Origin: a virus
Lineage: Duplodnaviria > Heunggongvirae > Uroviricota > Caudoviricetes
Length of the DNA stretch: 24,457 bases
IMG/VR virus record: IMGVR_UViG_2534681674_000009
Strand: one strand, 5' to 3'
Positions 11,165-18,113 of the stretch are shown one piece after another (positions within the stretch are counted from its first letter, which is position 1; each line of letters starts with the position of its first letter). The position numbers and the translations under genes are program-made. The notes beneath the pieces are model-generated. The model ran no database searches, was not told the origin of the DNA, and was given only the letters and a program-made list of their open reading frames with translations.

Positions 11165-11400
11165 GGTTATCTACCTTGTCTACCTGACTGAAATAAAATA
11201 CTTTTATTTCAATGTATTAATGCAGGTAGATAACTATTTTTCACTGTCTACCTGTTATCTACCTTATCTACCCATTTTTGTAGACAGGTAAGGAGACGGG
11301 TAGAGATGAGGTAGACAGCTATTTGGGGCTGTCTACCTCCCTGAAACCCGCGCCATTACTGGCCTGATAACTAATCAGGTAGACAAGGTAGACAAGGTGG
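11165..11400. repeat. Iteron cluster (putative origin of replication)
   Basis: At least ten copies of (T/G)TCTACC / GGTAGAC in both orientations (e.g. 11168-11185, 11247-11273, 11280-11318, 11331-11337, 11377-11397) around an AT-rich block (11190-11222), directly downstream of the primase gene. Confidence 0.7.
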
Positions 11401-11442
11401 TGGTGCACAAAAAACTTTTTAAACGAGGGGGTAAAAATAAAA

Positions 11443-11685
11443 ATGCACACATCAGGAAAACTGAACAAACATATAAAGCCACATTACCGCGCCCTTGATA
11501 TGGCTGAACACTGGCTAAGGGTGGCGATTAAGGCAATAGACCGCAACGCCGGGGAAGGATACGCGAAAGCACATCCCGAACTGATAAGCGCATTCATGAC
11601 AACGGCGGCTGCAAACTTTGCCACGCTGACCGAACGGGAGATTGCCGAAGCGGAGGAAGTGACAACCATCAATATTAAGTCCTGA
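11443..11685 (+). CDS. Hypothetical protein
   Basis: 80-aa ORF with GAGGGGG RBS upstream. Confidence 0.45.
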   Translation: MHTSGKLNKHIKPHYRALDMAEHWLRVAIKAIDRNAGEGYAKAHPELISAFMTTAAANFATLTEREIAEAEEVTTINIKS

Positions 11686-11696
11686 GAGCAGGCAGC

Positions 11697-12146
11697 ATGA
11701 CGGCGCAAATAGCAGCTTACGGGCGGCTGGTGGACGACCCACAGGTAAAACATACCAGCAAGGGAACACCCATGACACTGGCACGGATGGCGGTATCTTT
11801 GCCATGCAGCCAGGCAGATGACGGAACGGCGACGATGTGGTTATCTGTGCTGGCGTTTGGCAGACAAGCCGACACGCTGGCAAAGCATCACAAAGGCGAA
11901 CTCCTGAGCGTGGCGGGTAATATGCAGGTGAGCCAGTGGACTGGACAGAACGGTGAAACGCGGCAGGGCTGGCAGGTTATCGCAGACAGCGTAATCAGTG
12001 CGCGAACGGTGCGACCGGGCGGCAAAAAAGATCAACAGGGTCAGGCTACTGACGCACTGAACAGAGCAAAACAACAGGCAGATCAGCAAGGAAGCCATCC
12101 ACCAGTGGGAGATAATGAGCAATGGGGAGATGATATTCCGTTTTAA
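11697..12146 (+). CDS. ssb: Single-stranded DNA-binding protein
   Basis: 149 aa with OB-fold-like N-terminal part, Gly/Gln-rich linker and acidic C-terminal tip ending DDIPF, the hallmark SSB tail. Confidence 0.8.
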   Translation: MTAQIAAYGRLVDDPQVKHTSKGTPMTLARMAVSLPCSQADDGTATMWLSVLAFGRQADTLAKHHKGELLSVAGNMQVSQWTGQNGETRQGWQVIADSVISARTVRPGGKKDQQGQATDALNRAKQQADQQGSHPPVGDNEQWGDDIPF

Positions 12147-12163
12147 ATATTGCCAATAAAAAA

Positions 12164-12190
12164 GGCCGGAAAAAAAAATAAATTTTCCGG
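12164..12190. terminator. Hairpin after ssb (possible terminator)
   Basis: CCGGAAAA ... TTTTCCGG stem with A-rich loop; A/T-rich on both sides. Confidence 0.35.
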
Positions 12191-12365
12191 CATGCTACAT
12201 AAATCCAGACCAAAGGGAGTGAAGATATTAACACTAATTATCCGTGCTGAAGTTGTCATCCCAAAACTTTATACAACATTGCACTCGGTTGCATGTATTC
12301 GCATGACAAATATCGGTGATAGCATATATCCACAATTATTTTTAATGAATGCAAAGAGGATGCGT

Positions 12366-13406
12366 ATGGTTGATTTATATTCGCCTACCCAGCTTGTACA
12401 GGTGGTTAATGCTGTAGATGTACAAAAACAACTAAATGCGTTGTTTACCAGTTTGTTTTTTACTCGCTCGGTAATGTTTGAATCGCGCGATATTATTCTT
12501 GATACAATCGACGATCCAAATATCCCAATTGCAGCGTTTTGTTCTCCTATGGTGGGTAGTAAAGTTTCACGTGACGAAGGGTACGAATCAAAAACAATTC
12601 GTCCAGGCTATATGAAGCCGAAAAGCAGCATTGATCCAAATAAGTTAGCTGTGCGCCCTGCTGGTGTATCACCTGAGCAATACAATGCTTTTGGAGCGCG
12701 TAATATTAAAGTTAAACAGGCGATTGTAAATCAGGCTAAAGCTATTCGTGCACGTATTGAATGGCTTGCCGTTCAGGCAATCACAACGGGGAAAAATATC
12801 ATTGAGGGCGATGGTATTGAACGTTATGAGCTGGACTGGAATATTAAACCACAAAATATCATCACTCAGTCTGGCGGTGCTGAGTGGTCAGGTAAGGATA
12901 AAGAAACTTTTGATCCAAATGATGATATTGAGAGCTACGCAGAATTTAGTGAGGGCGTCACTAATATCATCATTATGGGCGGTAATGTATGGAAGAAATA
13001 CCGTTCATTCAGAGCGATAAAAGAGGCTCTGGATACCCGTCGTGGTTCTAATTCCGAACTGGAAACGGCCCTTAAAGACCTTGGTGATTCGGTGAGTTTT
13101 AAAGGGTATATGGGCGATGTTGCGATTGTTGTATACAGCGGGCGTTATACCGACGAGGACGGAACTGAAAAACATTTCCTTGATCCTGATTTGATGGTGC
13201 TTGGCAATACGGCTCTTCAGGGGATTGTCGCCTATGGCGGTATTCAGGATCCGGAGCTAATCCGAATGGGGCTGACTAAAGCCGAACTTGCACCGAAAAA
13301 CTATATTGTGCCTGGTGATCCGGCTATTGAATATGTGCAGACACATTCAGCACCACAGCCAATACCGGCCCGCATCAATCGTTTTGTTACCGTTCGCATT
13401 GGCTAA
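12366..13406 (+). CDS. Major capsid protein, lambda gpE homologue encoded by the element
   Basis: Start at ATG 12366 (RBS AAGAGG 12354-12359). Product aligns along its length with lambda E, e.g. ITQSGGAEWSGKDKETFDPNDDIESYA...RRGSNSELETALKDLGDSVSFKGYMGDVAIVVYSG vs lambda ITQSGGTEWSKRDKSTYDPTDDIEAYA...RRGSNSELETAVKDLGKAVSYKGMYGDVAIVVYSG; clearly a diverged paralogue, not a duplicate. Confidence 0.85.
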   Translation: MVDLYSPTQLVQVVNAVDVQKQLNALFTSLFFTRSVMFESRDIILDTIDDPNIPIAAFCSPMVGSKVSRDEGYESKTIRPGYMKPKSSIDPNKLAVRPAGVSPEQYNAFGARNIKVKQAIVNQAKAIRARIEWLAVQAITTGKNIIEGDGIERYELDWNIKPQNIITQSGGAEWSGKDKETFDPNDDIESYAEFSEGVTNIIIMGGNVWKKYRSFRAIKEALDTRRGSNSELETALKDLGDSVSFKGYMGDVAIVVYSGRYTDEDGTEKHFLDPDLMVLGNTALQGIVAYGGIQDPELIRMGLTKAELAPKNYIVPGDPAIEYVQTHSAPQPIPARINRFVTVRIG

Positions 13407-13415
13407 GGGGGAGCA

Positions 13416-13757
13416 ATGGCTACTCATTACACTGAACTCATGTCTGGCACTGAAGCACTGGTTACTACGCTGGGGATATTTTCAGCCAATAAAGGGGTAA
13501 TACCTGCGTTTACGCCACTGATGCAGGAAGATGCAACTGGTGCGCTAGTGGTATGGGATGGAACGAGCGCAGGCAAAGCGGTTTATGTTTCCGCTGTACA
13601 AATCGACACAGCGAAAAAAACACAGGCACAGGTTTATAAGACAGGTGTTTTAAATGTTGATGCTCTGAACTGGCCTGAGTCTGTAAGAGAACTGTCGGCA
13701 AAGGTTGCCGCGTTTGTTGGCTCAGGTATTTCTGTTCAGCCGCTGGCTCGTGTGTAA
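13416..13757 (+). CDS. Head decoration protein, lambda gpD homologue encoded by the element
   Basis: 113 aa; ...LVVWDGTSAGKAVYVSAVQ...YKTGVLNVDALNWPE...AAFVGSGISV parallels lambda D ...[19 protein letters not shown]...[15 protein letters not shown]...[11 protein letters not shown]; RBS AAGGGGGA. Confidence 0.8.
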   Translation: MATHYTELMSGTEALVTTLGIFSANKGVIPAFTPLMQEDATGALVVWDGTSAGKAVYVSAVQIDTAKKTQAQVYKTGVLNVDALNWPESVRELSAKVAAFVGSGISVQPLARV

Positions 13758-13768
13758 AGGGGGATACA

Positions 13769-14152
13769 ATGCAGAATGATTACAATGACCTTAAGCCAAT
13801 TGCCGAAATGATGTACCCGAATCCAGCTGTAGAGGAATTAAAAGCTATCGCTGACAAAATGTGTTTAAGCGAGCGCCTTGTTGATATGAATCAGGTGATG
13901 GAAATTACAACCCTGAGTCGGCGTACACTGCTAAACCTTGAGGCTAGTGGAGAGTTCCCGGAGCGTGTGCAGGTTACGGAAGGGCGTAAGGCCTGGTATT
14001 TAAGTGAAGTGATCGACTGGATAAATAATATTCCTCGCGCTTCTGAATATTGCCGCGTACCTGTCCCAAAAAAGCCAGATGCGGCGCTATGCCTCAAGAT
14101 TGAGCGTGTACGCCGCAATGCACGGGATGGTCGCTATAAGCTGATTGGTTGA
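13769..14152 (+). CDS. Second AlpA-like HTH protein
   Basis: 127 aa; segment MNQVMEITTLSRRTLLNLEASGEFPERVQVTEGRKAWYLSEVIDWINN resembles AlpA/MerR-type HTH; RBS AAGGGGGA. Confidence 0.6.
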   Translation: MQNDYNDLKPIAEMMYPNPAVEELKAIADKMCLSERLVDMNQVMEITTLSRRTLLNLEASGEFPERVQVTEGRKAWYLSEVIDWINNIPRASEYCRVPVPKKPDAALCLKIERVRRNARDGRYKLIG

Positions 14153-14194
14153 TGAAATTAGGGCCCGCTCTGGCTGGCGGGTCCTTTCCGGCGA

Positions 14195-14340
14195 TCTGAC
14201 AGGCTACGGGGCGTCAGGCGCGCGGGTTTTCTCTATTTATGAGCATTTTAAGGGGACTGGTGGTGGTTTTGTTGTTCGCTATATCTGTATGAATAATAAG
14301 AGAAAAATACAATCAATACACCAACCTGAAACAGTAATTA
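14195..14340 (+). other. cos site (cosN plus cosB-like region) of the element
   Basis: GACAGGCTACGGGGCGTCAGGCGCGCGGGTTTTCTCTATTTATGAGCATTTT closely parallels recalled lambda cos GACAGGTTACGGGGCGGCGACCTCGCGGGTTTTCGCTATTTATGAAAATTTT; lies directly upstream of a Nu1-like gene as in lambda. Confidence 0.65.
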
Positions 14341-14353
14341 AGTTGTGGTATCA

Positions 14354-14896
14354 ATGAAATTACACCTGATGAACAAAAAAAACATGGCAAAAAGTTGCCG
14401 TGTAAGCGCCACTGCGTTCGATAAGTGGGGAGTGATTCCCGTCGAGCGTAAGGGCCGTGAGGCGTTCTATGATGTTGCCAGTGTAATAGATAATCGGGTT
14501 AACAATGCAATCAGCCAGATTACAAACGAAACGGGCGATATTGATGACGATGAACTTTTACGCGTCAGGATCAGATTACTGACAGCACAGGCAGAGGCGC
14601 AGGAGCTTAAAAACGAGCGCGAACGCGGCGACGTTATTGATACAGAGTTTTGTATGTATGTTCTTTCCAAACTGGCGAGTCAGATTTCATCTATCATGGA
14701 CAGCCTGCCGCTTACCATGCAAAGGCGCTTCCCACAGATGACTCCGGCTATGCTGGATGGACTTAAAAAGGAAGTGGCTAAAGCCTGTAATGCCAGTGCC
14801 GGCGTTGCTGACAACCTCCCACAGATACTGGCTGATTATCTGATGGAAAGTACAGGAAACGTACCGGATAAGTTGCAGCTGAATAAGGATAAGTAA
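14354..14896 (+). CDS. Terminase small subunit, lambda Nu1-like
   Basis: ...RLLTAQAEAQELKNERERGDVIDTEFCMYVLSKLASQISSIMDSLPLTMQRRFP matches lambda Nu1 ...RLTRAQADAQELKNARDSAEVVETAFCTFVLSRIAGEIASILDGLPLSVQRRFP; start codon uncertain (ATG 14354, 14369 or 14384). Confidence 0.8.
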   Translation: MKLHLMNKKNMAKSCRVSATAFDKWGVIPVERKGREAFYDVASVIDNRVNNAISQITNETGDIDDDELLRVRIRLLTAQAEAQELKNERERGDVIDTEFCMYVLSKLASQISSIMDSLPLTMQRRFPQMTPAMLDGLKKEVAKACNASAGVADNLPQILADYLMESTGNVPDKLQLNKDK

Positions 14897-14907
14897 CGTA
14901 GTACGCT

Positions 14908-15183
14908 ATGACTGAATCCGAACTACTGAAAGTAATCTGCTATGCTGGTGGAGTCAGCCACCAGCATGACGAACAGGCCACGCAGCCGGGCAGTGTCACC
15001 GCTGAAAATTACGCTCGTGTGGTTGCTGAGGTTATGTGGCGTGACGGTATAGAACTGAACGGACAGGATTGCTTAGTCATCCGCACCAAAGTGCTGGCTA
15101 TACTGGCAGCTAGGCGGAGGCAGGGACAACGCCAGAACGTTGCATCGTACCAGTGGAAGAAGCCTGACAGACTGCGGCGATAA
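14908..15183 (+). CDS. Hypothetical protein downstream of terS
   Basis: 91-aa ORF; no recognisable family; weak RBS. Confidence 0.35.
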   Translation: MTESELLKVICYAGGVSHQHDEQATQPGSVTAENYARVVAEVMWRDGIELNGQDCLVIRTKVLAILAARRRQGQRQNVASYQWKKPDRLRR

Positions 15184-15337
15184 CTCTTTGATTTTCTCGA
15201 CGGCCCCAAAATGGGCCTTACCATAGCCAGCTAATAAATGAGCAAGCCTCAAAAGTGAGGTTTGTGGCCGTTTGGCCTATTCATATGCTAACTCGTTGAT
15301 ATTCCTGACGACGCAAATTTACGCCTTGTGGCTGGTA

Positions 15338-15363
15338 GTCGAATTGCAAATTTGCAACTCGAC
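15338..15363. promoter_or_regulatory. 26-bp near-perfect palindrome (putative operator)
   Basis: GTCGAATTGCAAATTTGCAACTCGAC, self-complementary except one position pair; intergenic between the terS module and the Abi-like gene. Confidence 0.35.
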
Positions 15364-15585
15364 TATGAAACTACAGGTAGTTTGGGTAGTAAAAGCAACA
15401 CACTGATTTTGGGGCTTCTTCGCGATACCTAATATTATGGTATCGGTGGAAGAGATATCGTTTCTCATAGGTTAGCACCGAGGGCGGAGTTCCGCCCTCA
15501 TCGAAAAATTGCTTACGAGTCGTCAAAATAAATTAATCGACTGAGTATAATGATTAACTAATTGCTCGTGTTACTTCATTATACG

Positions 15586-16347
15586 TTATTTCCCATCTTT
15601 AAGGTTTAACCAAGTGTTAATTAAAAAAAGAGCCATTGAGCCTGATAAATTTACTGCAAGTTCGGCATGCCTTGGGGATGGCTTAATTGATGAGCTGTTC
15701 GTTCCATGTGCATCACCGAGTTTATTACGAAGAGTACCTAACCCATTTACAACTGCAGAACAACCGCCGAGAATTTGTTTGAAGATATTTTCAGTATGTT
15801 GGTCGGCAGATAGGTTAAGTTCTTTTGAAAGAGTTTTATAAAGCTCTGACATTTCAATATTTTTATTATTATACTGAATGCCCATATCATCAAGAATGTG
15901 TTTGCAAACTGTTTCAAGAAGTGTTCTTGCGGAGGTTATCGCACCATCCGGATCTGTATGGCGCCGTTCAAGTGCTTTTATCCAAACGGCGTGGACTCCA
16001 TCCTCGTTAAACTTTCTTAATACATCAGATATGTCTTCATCCGCTGGAGCTTTATTTTTCCCTTCTAGATAGTCCAGCATCGGCTGAAATGCCTTATAAA
16101 TCAAATCTCTCCGGGGGGCATACTTTTCAGTCTTTTTTATAAATCCCCAAAATTCTTTTAGTGAGCGATTAGTTCTCACAAACTCTGGTAATAGCTGATG
16201 TAAAGGAGGATTTTGTAAGAAATATGTTCTTAGAAGCAAATAATCATTATTAGCTTCATCCTGGGCTCCTGTAGCTCTTGCAATTAGTATGTTTTGAAGC
16301 GCTACTGCGCGCTCTAGGTCATTTTGAAGGGTATCTATAATATTCAT
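15586..16347 (-). CDS. Abi-like protein with HEPN-type Rx4-6H motif (putative abortive-infection / defence effector)
   Basis: 253-aa ORF on the opposite strand at the element's right end; C-terminal LGTLRNKLGDAHG contains R-x6-H as in HEPN/Abi_C family proteins. Confidence 0.55.
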   Translation of the reverse strand: MNIIDTLQNDLERAVALQNILIARATGAQDEANNDYLLLRTYFLQNPPLHQLLPEFVRTNRSLKEFWGFIKKTEKYAPRRDLIYKAFQPMLDYLEGKNKAPADEDISDVLRKFNEDGVHAVWIKALERRHTDPDGAITSARTLLETVCKHILDDMGIQYNNKNIEMSELYKTLSKELNLSADQHTENIFKQILGGCSAVVNGLGTLRNKLGDAHGTNSSSIKPSPRHAELAVNLSGSMALFLINTWLNLKDGK

Positions 16348-16408
16348 AACAAATCTTTATTCACTTCATTTGTGGGTTGATAATTGAATGGTTTGTACAT
16401 TGATTTCT

Positions 16409-16432
16409 GTGTATTGCAGTGTGTATTGCAGC
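16409..16432 (+). repeat. Tandem GTGTATTGCAG repeats (putative integrase arm-type sites, right arm)
   Basis: GTGTATTGCAGTGTGTATTGCAGC, same motif as at 4036-4055. Confidence 0.4.
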
Positions 16433-16506
16433 ATAGCCATTCAGGTAAAGATTATGCTCTATTTTTCCTCTTATATCATTCACATACTTACACCATTGAC
16501 TCATGT

Positions 16507-16516
16507 AGCCGAAGCA
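16507..16516 (+). repeat. Right junction direct repeat (putative attR core) AGCCGAAGCA
   Basis: Identical to 3897-3906; downstream sequence TGAGGTGAATCCGCAGATGACC continues lambda E. Confidence 0.65.
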
Positions 16517-17297
16517 TGAGGTGAATCCGCAGATGACCCTGCGTCGCCTGCCGGATGAAGATCCGCAGAATCTGGCGGACCCGGCTTACCGCCGCCGTCG
16601 CATCATCATGCAGAACATGCGTGACGAAGAGCTGGCCATTGCCCAGGTCGAAGAGATGCAGGCAGTTTCTGCCGTGCTTAAGGGCAAATACACCATGACC
16701 GGTGAAGCCTTTGATCCGGTTGAGGTGGATATGGGCCGCAGTGCGGCAAACAACATCACACAGTCCGGTGGCACGGAGTGGAGCAAGCGTGACAAGTCCA
16801 CGTATGACCCGACCGACGATATCGAAGCCTACGCGCTGAACGCCAGCGGCGTGGTGAATATCATCGTGTTTGATCCGAAAGGATGGGCGCTGTTCCGTTC
16901 CTTCAAAGCCGTCAGGGATAAGCTGGATACCCGTCGCGGCTCTCATTCCGAGCTGGAGACAGCGGTAAAAGACCTGGGCAAAGCGGTGTCTTATAAGGGA
17001 ATGTATGGCGATGTGGCCATCGTCGTGTATTCCGGACAGTACGTGGAAAACGGCGTCAAAAAGAACTTCCTGCCGGACAACACGATGGTGCTGGGGAACA
17101 CTCAGGCACGCGGTCTGCGTACCTATGGCTGTATTCAGGATGCGGACGCACAGCGCGAAGGCATTAACGCCTCTGCCCGTTACCCGAAAAACTGGGTGAC
17201 TACCGGCGATCCGGCGCGAGAGTTCACCATGATTCAGTCAGCACCGCTGATGCTGCTGGCTGACCCTGATGAGTTCGTGTCCGTACAACTGGCGTAA
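16507..17297 (+). pseudogene. E: Major capsid protein gpE, C-terminal fragment (codons ~80-341)
   Basis: (PKH)EVNPQMTLRRLPDEDPQNLADPAYRRRRIIMQNMRDEELAIAQVEEMQAV...EFTMIQSAPLMLLADPDEFVSVQLA, near-identical to lambda E from residue ~83; no in-frame ATG, upstream in-frame TAG at 16506-16508. Confidence 0.9.
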
Positions 17298-17301
17298 TCA
17301 T

Positions 17302-17325
17302 GGCCCTTCGGGGCCATTGTTTCTC
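17302..17325 (+). terminator. Hairpin after E (possible terminator)
   Basis: GGCCC TTCG GGGCC followed by a T-rich tract ATTGTTTCTCT. Confidence 0.35.
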
Positions 17326-17338
17326 TGTGGATGAGTCC

Positions 17339-17734
17339 ATGACGAAAGATGAACTGATTGCCCGTCTCCGCTCGCTGGGTGAACAACTGAACCGTGATGT
17401 CAGCCTGACGGGGACGAAAGAAGAACTGGCGCTCCGTGTGGCAGAGCTGGAAGAGGAGCTTGATGACACGGATGACGCAGCCGGTCAGGACACGTCTGTC
17501 AGCCCGGAAAATGCGCTGACCGGACATGAAAATGAGGTGGTATCAGCACAGACGGATACCGTGACTGATACGGCTGCTCTGGTCACGGTTGTGGCACTGG
17601 TGACGCTGCATACCGATGCACTTCACGCCACGCGGGATGAACCTGTGGCATTTGTGCTGCCGGGAACGGCGTTTCGTGTCTCTGCCGGTGTGGCAGCCGA
17701 AATGACAGAACGTGGCCTGGCCAGAATGCAATAA
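17339..17734 (+). CDS. FI: DNA packaging protein gpFI
   Basis: MTKDELIARLRSLGEQLNRDVSLTGTKEELALRVAELEEELDD...GVAAEMTERGLARMQ, matching recalled lambda FI (132 aa); start at ATG 17339 rather than upstream ORF start. Confidence 0.9.
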   Translation: MTKDELIARLRSLGEQLNRDVSLTGTKEELALRVAELEEELDDTDDAAGQDTSVSPENALTGHENEVVSAQTDTVTDTAALVTVVALVTLHTDALHATRDEPVAFVLPGTAFRVSAGVAAEMTERGLARMQ

Positions 17735-17745
17735 CGGGAGGCGCT

Positions 17746-18099
17746 GTGGCTGATTTCGATAACCTGTTCGATGCTGCCATTGCCCGCGCCGATGAAACGA
17801 TACGCGGGTACATGGGAACGTCAGCCACCATGACATCCGGTGAGCAGTCCGGCGCAGTAATACGTGGTGTTTTTGATGACCCTGAAAATATCAGCTATGC
17901 CGGACAGGGCGTGCGCGTTGAAGGCTCCAGCCCGTCCCTGTTTGTCCGGACTGATGATGTGCGGCAACTGCGGCGTGGTGACACGCTGACCATTAACGGC
18001 GAGATGTTCTGGGTGGACCGTGTTTCTCCGGATGACGGAGGGAGTTGTTATCTCTGGCTCAACCGTGGGCAACCACCGGCAGTTAACCGGCGACGATAA
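17746..18099 (+). CDS. FII: Head-tail connector gpFII
   Basis: MADFDNLFDAAIARADETIRGYMGTSATMTSGEQSGAVIRGVFDDPENISYAGQGVRVEGSSPSLFVRTDD..., near-identical to lambda FII. Confidence 0.95.
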   Translation: MADFDNLFDAAIARADETIRGYMGTSATMTSGEQSGAVIRGVFDDPENISYAGQGVRVEGSSPSLFVRTDDVRQLRRGDTLTINGEMFWVDRVSPDDGGSCYLWLNRGQPPAVNRRR

Positions 18100-18113
18100 A
18101 CGCAGGGTGAATT

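Larger units (their letters stand above)
3907..16506 (+). mobile_element. Integrated satellite-like element (~12.6 kb) inserted in phage gene E
   Basis: Bounded by the 10-bp direct repeat; integrase gene at the left end; arm-type repeats GTATTGCAG near both ends; carries replication, packaging and capsid genes; splits an otherwise colinear lambda E gene. Confidence 0.8.

Noticed and set aside
11165-11400. Possible CRISPR array
   Set aside because: Units are only 7-9 bp, irregularly spaced and in both orientations, and sit next to a primase gene; this is iteron architecture, not repeat-spacer architecture.
12150-12365. N-terminal 72-codon extension of the capsid ORF (start at 12150)
   Set aside because: The extension overlaps the post-ssb hairpin and has no homology to gpE; the alignment to lambda E begins at the RBS-preceded ATG at 12366.
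14145-14357. 70-aa + strand ORF across the cos region
   Set aside because: It overlaps the sequence matching lambda cosN/cosB and has no RBS; most likely non-coding.
15479-15503. Strong hairpin GAGGGCGGAGTTCCGCCCTC as a terminator
   Set aside because: No U-tract follows the stem on either strand, so it is not a canonical intrinsic terminator; function unknown.
3880-16530. tRNA gene as integration target at the element junctions
   Set aside because: P4-family integrases usually target tRNA 3' ends, but neither junction shows a tRNA-like cloverleaf; both flanks are E coding sequence.
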